64,000 bases of DNA from an uncultured Chloroflexia bacterium (GTDB lineage: Bacteria; Chloroflexota; Limnocylindria; Limnocylindrales; CSP1-4), in NCBI GenBank assembly GCA_963746845.1, contig CAVVCZ010000005.1, positions 1-64,000 on the forward strand. The letters are read 5' to 3'. Of the stretch, positions 46,997 through 55,378 are shown piece after piece. The number at the start of each line of letters is the position of its first letter. Position 1 is the first letter of the stretch. The notes under the pieces were generated by a model. The model was not told where the DNA came from, searched no databases, and saw only the letters and a program-made list of their open reading frames with translations. The translations under genes were made by a program, and so were the position numbers.

Positions 46997-47042
46997 CATG
47001 GAGCTTGGAAGGCTGCCGCTCTGCCAACTGAGCTACTCCCGC
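46997..47042 (-). repeat. 5' fragment of tRNA-Gly (att site)
   Basis: 41 nt exact match to tRNA positions 1-41, one mismatch, then CATG; no T-arm or 3' acceptor strand. Confidence 0.9.
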
Positions 47043-47061
47043 GACGTCTCGGGTCGGCTGC

Positions 47062-47092
47062 TTGACCTTCAAGTGACTCGAAGGTGTACGGT
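47062..47092 (+). promoter_or_regulatory. MerR-type promoter/operator
   Basis: TTGACC (47062-47067), 19-bp spacer, TACGGT (47087-47092); dyad ACCTTCAAGT-G-ACTCGAAGGT (47065-47085). Confidence 0.8.
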
Positions 47093-47098
47093 CGGAGC

Positions 47099-47941
47099 GT
47101 GAAGGTGTCGGAGCTCGCCGAACGCGCCGGAATCGCGCCGTCCGCCGTTCGTTGGTACGAGTCCGTGGGCATCCTGCCCGCGCCGTCGAGGAAGCCCAAC
47201 GGGTATCGCGAATACGCGGACGAGGACCTCGCCCGGCTCCGGCTGGTCGTCAGCCTGCGACGGCTCGGCCTCGGGCCCGAGGACGCCGGGCGGATGGCGC
47301 GACTGTGCCTCGAGCGCGGCGAGGTGGACCGTGATCTCGTGCCGATCATCGCCGCGCAGCGCGCGGCCATCGCCAGGCAACGCGAGGATCTCGACCGCCT
47401 CGACGGCGAGCTGATCGACCTTGAATCCACGATCGCCGCCGCGGGACGCGCCCGTGGCCGGAGGAAGGACCGAGCCATGACCGATTCGCCCATTCGGGTG
47501 CTCTTCGTCTGTACCGGCAACAGCGCTCGGAGCCAGATCGCCGAGGCCGTCCTCGATCGCCTGGGTGGCCGCGACTTCGAGGTCATGTCAGCCGGCACGG
47601 AGCCAAAGGGCGTCAACCCGTTCACGCTCCGCGTCCTCGGCGACGCCGGCATCGACTGGTCGGGGGCGCGCAGCAAGTCGGTCGACGAGTTCCTTGGTCA
47701 GCCGTTCGACTACGTCATCACGGTCTGCGACCGGGCTCGCCAGTCGTGTCCCGTCTTCCCGGGCCAGCACAACACGCTCCATTGGGGCCTCGAGGACCCG
47801 GCCGAGGTCGAGGGCTCTGAGGCCGAACGGCTCGCCGCCTTCCAGCGCACGTACCTCGAGCTCAACCAGCGGATCCGCCCGTTCATCGAGGTGGCGCTCC
47901 GTGCCGTGGGCCGGGCGCCACGGGCGTCGATCGCCGGTTGA
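47099..47941 (+). CDS. arsC: MerR-family HTH regulator fused to thioredoxin-type (LMW-PTP fold) arsenate reductase
   Basis: N-term VSELA...GI..SAVRWYE..GIL...R..NGYREY; C-term VLFVCTGNSARSQ.AE, SAGT, VITVCD.A.QSCP.FP, HWGLEDP. Confidence 0.85.
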   Translation: MKVSELAERAGIAPSAVRWYESVGILPAPSRKPNGYREYADEDLARLRLVVSLRRLGLGPEDAGRMARLCLERGEVDRDLVPIIAAQRAAIARQREDLDRLDGELIDLESTIAAAGRARGRRKDRAMTDSPIRVLFVCTGNSARSQIAEAVLDRLGGRDFEVMSAGTEPKGVNPFTLRVLGDAGIDWSGARSKSVDEFLGQPFDYVITVCDRARQSCPVFPGQHNTLHWGLEDPAEVEGSEAERLAAFQRTYLELNQRIRPFIEVALRAVGRAPRASIAG

Positions 47942-47954
47942 GGGCGCTCCCGCG

Positions 47955-48290
47955 TCAGGTGCGGGCTTCGAGCACCGGCAGTCGACGCGAGGCCACAGAC
48001 GGGAGTCCGATCACGGGGCCGAACCCACCGGCGAGCTCACGGAAGCGGGCGACGGCCTCACTGCGAAGCGAGTACCAGACCCAGGTCCCGCGGCGTTCCG
48101 CGGCCACCCAACCGGCGTCCCTCAGGACCTTCAGGTGATGCGACACGGTGGGCTGGCTCACGTCGCAGCAGGCGGTGAAGTCGCAGGCGCAAACCTCGGC
48201 GACGTCGCTCAGTTGACGGAGGATCGCCAGGCGCGTCGGGTCGGCAGCGGCCTGCAGCAGAAGGACGTCGGGGTCGGTCTGGCGCTTCAT
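47955..48290 (-). CDS. arsR: ArsR/SmtB family repressor
   Basis: ADPTRL.IL, EVCACDF..CC, SQPTVSHHLKVL, ERRGTWVWY. Confidence 0.9.
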   Translation of the reverse strand: MKRQTDPDVLLLQAAADPTRLAILRQLSDVAEVCACDFTACCDVSQPTVSHHLKVLRDAGWVAAERRGTWVWYSLRSEAVARFRELAGGFGPVIGLPSVASRRLPVLEART

Positions 48291-48296
48291 CGGGAC

Positions 48297-48337
48297 ACTG
48301 TATTGACAAATGTCTATCTTGACAAGTATCAATACAG
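48297..48337. promoter_or_regulatory. divergent arsR/arsM promoter with ArsR-type operator
   Basis: AT-rich CTGTATTGACAAATGTCTATCTTGACAAGTATCAATACAG with outer IR CTGTATTGA/TCAATACAG; minus strand TTGTCA-17bp-TACAGT 6 nt before arsR ATG. Confidence 0.75.
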
Positions 48338-48374
48338 CGACGACGACAGGAGCACGATCAAGGAGCCGCCGGCG

Positions 48375-49184
48375 ATGACGACCGAGACCATCCACGAAAC
48401 CGTTCGCGAGCATTACGCCGCCGCCGCCGTGCGGGCCTCGCAGGGGGATTCATGTTGCAGCGACCCCGAGACGGTCGGGGCAATCCTCTACTCGGCGCTC
48501 GAGCGCGACGAGCTGCCCGACGCGGCCGTCCTCGCATCGCTGGGCTGCGGCAACCCGACGGCTGTCGCGGACCTCCATCCGGGCGAGCGGGTCCTCGACC
48601 TGGGCTCCGGCGGCGGGATCGATGTCCTGCTGTCGGCGAAGCGGGTCGGACCGACGGGCCGCGTGTTCGGGGTCGACATGACCGACGAAATGCTCGCCCT
48701 CGCCCAGCGCAATGCCGCCGAGGCGGGCGCGACGAACGTCGAGTTCCTGAAGGGCCAGATCGAGGCGATCCCGCTGCCCGCCGAGTCGATCGACGTCGTC
48801 ATCAGCAACTGCGTCGTGAACCTCGCCGCCGACAAGACGGCCGTGTTCGCCGAGATCGCGCGCGTCCTGCGACCCGGCGGTCGTATCGGAATCAGCGACA
48901 TCGTCGCCGAGGACGGCCTGGACGCGGCACAACGCGCCGAGCGTGGCTCGTACGCCGGCTGCATCGCCGGCGCCCTGTCGATCTCGGAGTTCCGCACCGG
49001 CCTCGAGGCGGTCGGGATGACCGACATCTCGATCACGCCGTCGCACCTCGTCACGGACGGGATGATCAGCGCGATCATCCGGGCCTCGAAACCCGCAGAT
49101 GCCCGACCGCTCATCGACCTCGCGGCACCGCGGGAGCTCCCGCTCGCCGAGGCCGGCTGCTGCGGTGGCGAAGGCTGCTGCTGA
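48375..49184 (+). CDS. arsM: arsenite S-adenosylmethionine methyltransferase
   Basis: RBS AAGGAG; VREHYA...SCC, SLGCGNP, VLDLGSGGG.D, ISNCV.NL, GCIAGAL, C-terminal CCGGEGCC. Confidence 0.9.
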   Translation: MTTETIHETVREHYAAAAVRASQGDSCCSDPETVGAILYSALERDELPDAAVLASLGCGNPTAVADLHPGERVLDLGSGGGIDVLLSAKRVGPTGRVFGVDMTDEMLALAQRNAAEAGATNVEFLKGQIEAIPLPAESIDVVISNCVVNLAADKTAVFAEIARVLRPGGRIGISDIVAEDGLDAAQRAERGSYAGCIAGALSISEFRTGLEAVGMTDISITPSHLVTDGMISAIIRASKPADARPLIDLAAPRELPLAEAGCCGGEGCC

Positions 49185-49232
49185 CGGCTGGTCGGCGAAC
49201 CGCGCGATCGAGCCCGCGGCGGATGCCGAGCC

Positions 49233-50171
49233 GTGTCCAGAGCGTCCCTCACATCGGAATCGAGCGTCACCCGACGTGACCTCGCTGCGCTGTTCCTCGC
49301 CGCCACGTGCTGGGGTCTGGGGACCGTCGTCAGCAAGGCCGCGTTGGCCGAGATGCCGCCTCTGACGCTGCTGCCCATTCAGCTCGCTTCCAGCCTGGCG
49401 ATCCTCGGCATCCTCATGCGGATCGAAGGGGTGTCATTCCGGAGTGGCGGCTCGCCGCTGCTCGGCCGCCTGGGTCTCCTGAACCCGGGCGTCGCCTACG
49501 CGCTCAGCCTGTTGGGTCTCGTCACGATCACCGCCAGCCTGTCGGTGCTCCTGTGGGCCTTCGAGCCGCTGATGATCATCGCCCTGGCAGGCTGGTTCCT
49601 CCACGAACGGATCACGCCGGCATTCGTGGCGCTGTCGGTCGTGGCCGTCACAGGGATGGGGCTCGTCGTGTTCGATCCCTTGTCCACCGGTGGCCAGGTG
49701 GTCGGCGTCGCCCTCACCGTCGCGGGCGTCGCGTGTTGCGCTGCCTATTCGGTGATCACGCGACGATGGCTCCCCGGCGCGCGGGAAACGAGCCAGGTCG
49801 TCCTCGCGCAACAGGCGCACGCTCTGGCCCTGGCCATCGTGGTGCTCGTCCTCGTCGGAATCGCCGGCGGCACGATCGCACCGACTTCGCTCACGCCGCT
49901 GGGGCTTGCCAGCGCGGTCGGTTCCGGCGCCCTGTACTACGCGGGGGCCTACTGGTTCTACCTCGGGGCGCTTCGACATGTCGAAGCGTCGGTCGCCGCC
50001 GTGGCCTTCTACCTCATTCCGATCGTCGGCGTGGCGGCTGGCGCGTTGTTGCTCGGCGAGCGGCTCGACCCGAGGCAGTGGGTCGGCGTCCTCGTCGTCC
50101 TCGGGGCGGTCTTGGCGATCCTCCGCGGATCGATGGACCGGTCGCGTCGCGCCGATCCGGTCAGACTCTGA
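49233..50171 (+). CDS. DMT/EamA family transporter
   Basis: CWG...VVSK, two EamA repeats (EP...LHER; P.VG...LGER), about 10 TM; start uncertain. Confidence 0.82.
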   Translation: MSRASLTSESSVTRRDLAALFLAATCWGLGTVVSKAALAEMPPLTLLPIQLASSLAILGILMRIEGVSFRSGGSPLLGRLGLLNPGVAYALSLLGLVTITASLSVLLWAFEPLMIIALAGWFLHERITPAFVALSVVAVTGMGLVVFDPLSTGGQVVGVALTVAGVACCAAYSVITRRWLPGARETSQVVLAQQAHALALAIVVLVLVGIAGGTIAPTSLTPLGLASAVGSGALYYAGAYWFYLGALRHVEASVAAVAFYLIPIVGVAAGALLLGERLDPRQWVGVLVVLGAVLAILRGSMDRSRRADPVRL

Positions 50172-50238
50172 CCGACCTCCGCCTCCCTGCCGCAGGACGG
50201 CCCGTCGTGGTTCCTACTCCACTCGTGGGTCAGCCCCG

Positions 50239-51465
50239 ATGACCCCAGTCCTCGGGCTTCGCGCCAACGCGGGCCAGTTCGCCCTGCTGGTCGGCGTGAA
50301 CGCCCTCGTGGGCGGGATGATCGGGCAGGAACGGACCGTCGTGCCGCTTCTGGCCGCCGACGTGTTCGGCCTGACCGGGTTCATCTCGGCGTTGACCTTC
50401 GTGGTCGCGTTCGGGCTCACGAAGGCGTTCACGAACCTCGCAGCGGGCGCCCTCGTGGACCGGTATGGTCGGAAGCCCGTCCTCGTCGCCGGCTGGCTGG
50501 TCGGGCTGCCCGTCCCGCTCCTGATCATCCTGGCGCCGGACTGGTCGTGGATCGTCGTCGCCAACATCCTGCTCGGCCTGAACCAGGGACTGACCTGGTC
50601 CACGACGGTGATCATGAAGATCGACCTCGTGGGTCCCGTGCGACGAGGCCTGGCGACTGGCCTCAACGAGGCAGCCGGCTACGGAGCGGTCGCCCTGACC
50701 GCGCTCGCGACGGGCTGGATCGCCGCGGCGTCCGGGCTGCGACCGGAGCCGTTCCTCCTCGGGATGGCCTATGCCGTGCTCGGCCTGGGTGCGTCCGTCC
50801 TGCTCGTCCACGAGACGCGCGGTCACGTCGACCTCGAGCAGCGCCAGCTCGACCGGCCCGCAGCCCCGGCCTGGCGCGAGGTGTTCTGGCGAACCACGTT
50901 CCACGATCCGAGCCTCTCCGCCGCGTCCCAGGCCGGTCTCGTGAACAACCTCAACGATGCGATGGCGTGGGGGCTGCTCCCGCTGTTCTACGCAGCGGCA
51001 GGGCTGGCGATCGGCGAGATCGGGATCCTCGCGGCCACCTACCCGGCGGTCTGGGCCATCGCGCAGGTGGGAACCGGTGCCCTTTCCGATCAGACGGGTC
51101 GGAAGCCGCTGATCGTCGGCGGGATGCTGCTGCAGGCCGGGGCGATCGCCGGGATCGCGGTCGGGTCGACCTTCACCGTCTGGATGGTCGCCGCAGCCGC
51201 GCTCGGGCTCGGAACCGCCATGGTCTACCCCACGCTGCTGGCCGCGGTGGCGGATGTCGCCGATCCAGCCTGGCGCGGCTCGGCCATCGGCGTCTACCGG
51301 TTGTGGCGCGACCTCGGGTTCGCGATCGGCGCGATCCTCACGGGCGTCATCGCCGACGGGTTCGGCATGCCGGCGGCCATCGTCGCGGTGGCGGCCGTGA
51401 CGGCCGGGTCCGGCGTGGTCGTGCTCCTGCGCATGCAGGAGACGAGGCCTCGCGGTCCAGGCTGA
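50239..51465 (+). CDS. MFS transporter
   Basis: LGLRAN..QF.LLV.VNA.VG.M.GQERT, DRYGRK, SD.TGRK, GVYRLWRDLG; 12 TM. Confidence 0.85.
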   Translation: MTPVLGLRANAGQFALLVGVNALVGGMIGQERTVVPLLAADVFGLTGFISALTFVVAFGLTKAFTNLAAGALVDRYGRKPVLVAGWLVGLPVPLLIILAPDWSWIVVANILLGLNQGLTWSTTVIMKIDLVGPVRRGLATGLNEAAGYGAVALTALATGWIAAASGLRPEPFLLGMAYAVLGLGASVLLVHETRGHVDLEQRQLDRPAAPAWREVFWRTTFHDPSLSAASQAGLVNNLNDAMAWGLLPLFYAAAGLAIGEIGILAATYPAVWAIAQVGTGALSDQTGRKPLIVGGMLLQAGAIAGIAVGSTFTVWMVAAAALGLGTAMVYPTLLAAVADVADPAWRGSAIGVYRLWRDLGFAIGAILTGVIADGFGMPAAIVAVAAVTAGSGVVVLLRMQETRPRGPG

Positions 51466-51587
51466 CCGCACGACCCATGACCACCCCTGCCGACACGATT
51501 GACACGCAGGGGGCGCCTGCCATCGTCGATCATTGGACCATCCGCCACACGACCGAGCAGGCGGGTCGACCGTCACCGGAGTCACCA

Positions 51588-53090
51588 ATGACGACCATCA
51601 TCCCCCGCTGGGAGTGGCGGACCTTCGGGCACCGCTACCCGATGGCGGACCCCGTGTTCGACGCCGAGACGCCGAGCGCGACCGCGACCAGCGATGAGAC
51701 CTACTTCCTGTCGCCGACCGGGGCGAACGTCAAGCTCCGCGACGCGCTGATGGACATCAAGGTTCTGCGCGAGACCGACGGCGATGGGCTCGAGCGCTGG
51801 GAGCCGATCCTCAAGGCCGCGTTCCCGCTGTCGGCGGCGGATCTCGCGACGGTTCTCGCGAGCCTCGGGGCTGCGCCGGTCGCGGACGGCGACGGCGTCT
51901 CCCTGGAACGATTCCGCGAGATCATCGCCGCGGAACCGTCCGTCCGACCGGTCGACGTCCACAAGCTGCGGGTCCGCTACACGATCGGCGGCTGCATGGC
52001 GGAGCGCGACGAGATCTCGGCGAACGGACGGAGCACCCTCTCGATCGCCGTCGAATCGACCGATCGCGCCGCCGTTCTGGCCGCCGTCGAGACCCTCGGG
52101 CTCGAGGATTTCCTCAACGTCAACTACCTGATCGGGATCGCTGCATTGATCGACGACGTGCCCGCGCGGTTCGCCGTCATCGATGTCGGCACGAACTCGG
52201 TCAAGTTCAACATCGGCGCATTTGGGCCCGACGGGACCCCGCGGACGGTCGTCGACCGGGCCGAGGTGACCCGGCTCGGCGAGGGGATGGCCGCCGACGG
52301 CGCGATCCGACCCGAGGCGCTGGAGCGGACCGTCGACGCGATCGCCGGCATGGTCGAGGAGGCGAAGCGGGCTCACGTCCATGCGATCGCGGCCGTCGGG
52401 ACCGAGGGCCTCCGCCAGGCGAGCAACCAGGCCGAGGTCCTGGCGGCCATCAAGTCCCGGACCGGCCTGCGGATCCGCGTCATCGCGGGTGACGAGGAGG
52501 GCCGACTCGCGTACCTCGCCGCCAAGGGTGGCGTCGGGCTGGTCGAGGGTCCGCTCGTCGTGTTCGACACCGGTGGCGGCAGCTCGCAGTTCACCTTCGG
52601 CGAAGGCGCCCGTGTGGACGAGCGCTTCAGCGTTCCCGTCGGCGCGGCCCGCTTCACCGAGCAGTTCCGCCTCGACCGCAAGGTCTCCGAGGCGACCGTC
52701 GGCGAGGCGATGGCGGCGATCGCCGCCGCCCTGGACCGCATCGACGGCCGACCACGCCCGAGCCTTCTCATCGGGATGGGCGGTGCGATCACGAACATCA
52801 CGGCGGTGAAGCACGGCCTCACGACCTACGATCCGGATGTCGTCCAGGGGACGATCCTGGATCGGGCGGAGATCGACCGTCAGATCGAGCTCTATCGGAC
52901 CCGCGACGCCGACGAGCGGCGATCGATCCCGGGTCTCCAGCCGAAGCGTGCCGAGGTGATCCTGGCCGGGGCGTGCATCGTCCGCACGGTGATGGAGATG
53001 CTCGGCCAGGACAGCCTCGTCGTCAGCGACCGTGGGCTCCGACACGGGTTGCAGGTGGAACGATTCGGAGCACTGGAGGCAGACGAATGA
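51588..53090 (+). CDS. CYTH-like domain fused to Ppx/GppA exopolyphosphatase
   Basis: N-term PRWEWRTF, NVKLR, DIK, VHK.R.RY; C-term VIDVGTNSVK, TRLGEG, EEGRL.Y, DTGGGSSQ, RA.VILAG, VSDRGLR.G. Confidence 0.8.
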   Translation: MTTIIPRWEWRTFGHRYPMADPVFDAETPSATATSDETYFLSPTGANVKLRDALMDIKVLRETDGDGLERWEPILKAAFPLSAADLATVLASLGAAPVADGDGVSLERFREIIAAEPSVRPVDVHKLRVRYTIGGCMAERDEISANGRSTLSIAVESTDRAAVLAAVETLGLEDFLNVNYLIGIAALIDDVPARFAVIDVGTNSVKFNIGAFGPDGTPRTVVDRAEVTRLGEGMAADGAIRPEALERTVDAIAGMVEEAKRAHVHAIAAVGTEGLRQASNQAEVLAAIKSRTGLRIRVIAGDEEGRLAYLAAKGGVGLVEGPLVVFDTGGGSSQFTFGEGARVDERFSVPVGAARFTEQFRLDRKVSEATVGEAMAAIAAALDRIDGRPRPSLLIGMGGAITNITAVKHGLTTYDPDVVQGTILDRAEIDRQIELYRTRDADERRSIPGLQPKRAEVILAGACIVRTVMEMLGQDSLVVSDRGLRHGLQVERFGALEADE

Positions 53091-54061
53091 CAGGCCCCAC
53101 GACACCGAAGGCGACACCACGCGCGAGACGGGCGACCGGGTCGACCCGGGCCGGCAGGCCGGCCGCGCCGCCGGCGCTGACCGCTGATGACCTCGCGAAG
53201 GTCTTCGGCCTGCTGAAGGGCGCCGACACCGCCGAGCTGAAGGTCTCCGTCCCGAGCCCGGCGCAACGCTCGACGATCACGGGCCTGCCGATCGACCCGG
53301 TCGAGGCGCAGCCCCGTCAGGTGTTCTTCTTCGATACCCCGGACCTCGCCCTGAACAAGGCCGGGATCGTCGTCCGCGCACGCCGGGTGCAGGGCGGTCG
53401 GGGGGACACCGTCGTCAAGCTGCGACCGGTCGTGCCCGCAGAGCTGCCGAAGGAGCTCCGGCTGTCCGGGGCGCTCACGGTCGAGGTCGATGTCGTCCCC
53501 GGCGGCTTCGTCTGCTCGGCCTCCTTCAAGGGTCGGACCACCGGGGAGGACATCGCCGCGGCCGTCACGGGGCAGATCCCGTTGCGGAAGATCTTCTCGA
53601 AGGAGCAGCGGGCGTTCTTCGCCGAGCGGGCCCCGGCCGGGATCGACCTCGACTCCCTGTCGATCCTCGGGCCGACCTTCATCCTCAAGACCACGTTCAC
53701 TCCGGACGAGCTCCGCCGGCGCATCGTCGCGGAGATGTGGCTCTATCCCGACGGCTCGCGGATCCTCGAGCTCTCGACCAAGTGCCTCCCGAACGAGGCC
53801 TTCCAGGTCGCCGCCGAAGCCCGTGCCTACCTCGCCAGTCGCGGCATCAAGGTGGGCAGCGGGCAGCAGCAGACGAAGACGCGAGCGGCCCTCGATTTCT
53901 ATGTCAAGGAGCTCCGGAAGGCCGCGGCGCCGACCCGCGGACGGCGCCGGGGGGACGCGAGCCGTTCGACGACCACGCGGTCGACAACGACGCGGGCCCG
54001 GCAGTCGACCGCGCCGACCCCGGCGGTGCGCCCGAGGACGGGGCCGACGACGCCGTCCTGA
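53087..54061 (+). CDS. CYTH/triphosphate tunnel metalloenzyme-like protein
   Basis: AELK, QVFFFDTPDLAL...G..VRAR, VVKLRP, EMW..PDG..ILELSTK, QTKT; ATGA overlap. Confidence 0.7.
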   Translation: MTGPTTPKATPRARRATGSTRAGRPAAPPALTADDLAKVFGLLKGADTAELKVSVPSPAQRSTITGLPIDPVEAQPRQVFFFDTPDLALNKAGIVVRARRVQGGRGDTVVKLRPVVPAELPKELRLSGALTVEVDVVPGGFVCSASFKGRTTGEDIAAAVTGQIPLRKIFSKEQRAFFAERAPAGIDLDSLSILGPTFILKTTFTPDELRRRIVAEMWLYPDGSRILELSTKCLPNEAFQVAAEARAYLASRGIKVGSGQQQTKTRAALDFYVKELRKAAAPTRGRRRGDASRSTTTRSTTTRARQSTAPTPAVRPRTGPTTPS

Positions 54062-54163
54062 GGCGAGGCGACCCGAACTCGCCTCCAACCCGCGCAACAT
54101 TCGCTCGCGACGCGCGTCTTCCGACCACACGGCCGCGAAGACCGTGTCACGAGGGAGTCGACG

Positions 54164-55351
54164 ATGCGCGCCTTGTCCGGCCGCCTGCTCGCCAGCGCAG
54201 CGGCGATCGCCATCCTTGCCACGGCGTGTGGTGGATCGCCGGCTCCGGCGGCATCACCGCCGGCCTCGAGCGGGCTGACCCCGTCCGCCGCGGCGGCTCC
54301 CGCGTCGCTCGCTCCAACGCCGTCCGCGACCACCACAGTCACGACGTCGGCGATCATCGCGAAGCTCGGACGGCCGGACTTCACGCTCGTGGCCGACCTG
54401 ACCGGGTCGATCGCGGCGAATGCGGTGTCGTTCCCGATCAGTGGTCACCTCGAATCCGCCGGCAACGACTCGTCGACCCTCCTCATCACGAAGATGCCGA
54501 ACGGCGACCAGCGCAACGAGACCGTCACCGTCGGCGGGACGACCTGGCGGCGCAACCTCGAGAACGGTCCATGGGTCGAGGAAGCGGCCACGACGACCGC
54601 CGACACAGGCCTCGCGAGCTCCCTGTCGACGCTCACGAAGCTCGAGGACGAGGGCACGACGACGGTCGACGGCCGGGTGCTCCACCGGTTCGGGACGCCC
54701 GCCGGCAGCCTGACGAAGGCGGACCTCGACATCAGCGTGCCGGACATCTCGGCCTTCCGCGGGACCCTGACCCTGCTCGTCGACGACGAGGCGGACCTCC
54801 GGGGCATCGACGTCCAGGCGAGCTGGGCGCAGCCGTCCGGCACGACCTCGATCGACGTCGACATGACGATGCAATTCAAGGTGCTGTCGGGGGCCCCGTC
54901 GATCGAGAAGCCCGAGTTCCCGTGGAAGCGCTTCGTCTCGAAGGCCAACGGCATGTCGATCGCGTATCCCGCGACGTTCACGGCGTTGCCCGAGCGCCCC
55001 GGGGTCCCGGTCCTGATCAGCCTGTCGACCACGGACTACATCTCGATGGCCCGGGAGCCCCAGCCGAAGGGCGTCACGCTGGACGCATACGTCAAGGCCT
55101 ACGAGGACAGCTGGAAGCAGGTCAAGAAGGTCAGCCCCGAGTTCCGGACGACCGGACCGATGGGCTCGCTCCCGGGTGTCTACGAGACGTACCACGCGAA
55201 GCTCATCAACACGGACAGCTACATCGTCGTCGGCCTGACCGTCAGTGGGCGGAACGGCTACTTCGTCACGCTCAACACGGTGCCCGGCAACGAGGACAAC
55301 GCCAACGCGGTCTTCGAGGCGATGGCGACGACGCTCGAGCTCAACTCGTAG
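54164..55351 (+). CDS. lipoprotein (LppX/LprG-like domain plus PsbP-like C-terminal domain)
   Basis: Lipobox LATAC, Pro/Ala/Ser linker, beta-rich domain ending in IEKP, then F.S...GMSIAYP. Confidence 0.6.
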   Translation: MRALSGRLLASAAAIAILATACGGSPAPAASPPASSGLTPSAAAAPASLAPTPSATTTVTTSAIIAKLGRPDFTLVADLTGSIAANAVSFPISGHLESAGNDSSTLLITKMPNGDQRNETVTVGGTTWRRNLENGPWVEEAATTTADTGLASSLSTLTKLEDEGTTTVDGRVLHRFGTPAGSLTKADLDISVPDISAFRGTLTLLVDDEADLRGIDVQASWAQPSGTTSIDVDMTMQFKVLSGAPSIEKPEFPWKRFVSKANGMSIAYPATFTALPERPGVPVLISLSTTDYISMAREPQPKGVTLDAYVKAYEDSWKQVKKVSPEFRTTGPMGSLPGVYETYHAKLINTDSYIVVGLTVSGRNGYFVTLNTVPGNEDNANAVFEAMATTLELNS

Positions 55352-55378
55352 GGCCGGGCCGGCGACGACGGCGCGCGG

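Larger units (their letters stand above)
41648..47042. mobile_element. decayed integrative element at tRNA-Gly, bounded by 41-bp direct repeats (5' half of the tRNA)
   Basis: 41648-41688 is identical to 47002-47042; integrase N-terminal remnant next to the tRNA; short direct repeats just inside the right end. Confidence 0.75.

Noticed and set aside
46997-47042. Second tRNA-Gly gene
   Set aside because: Only the 5' 41-46 nt are present; no T-arm or acceptor 3' strand; treated as an att site
54060-54085. Hairpin GAGGCGAG-N10-CTCGCCTC after the CYTH gene as an intrinsic terminator
   Set aside because: No U-tract, and such stems arise easily at high GC; not supportable alone
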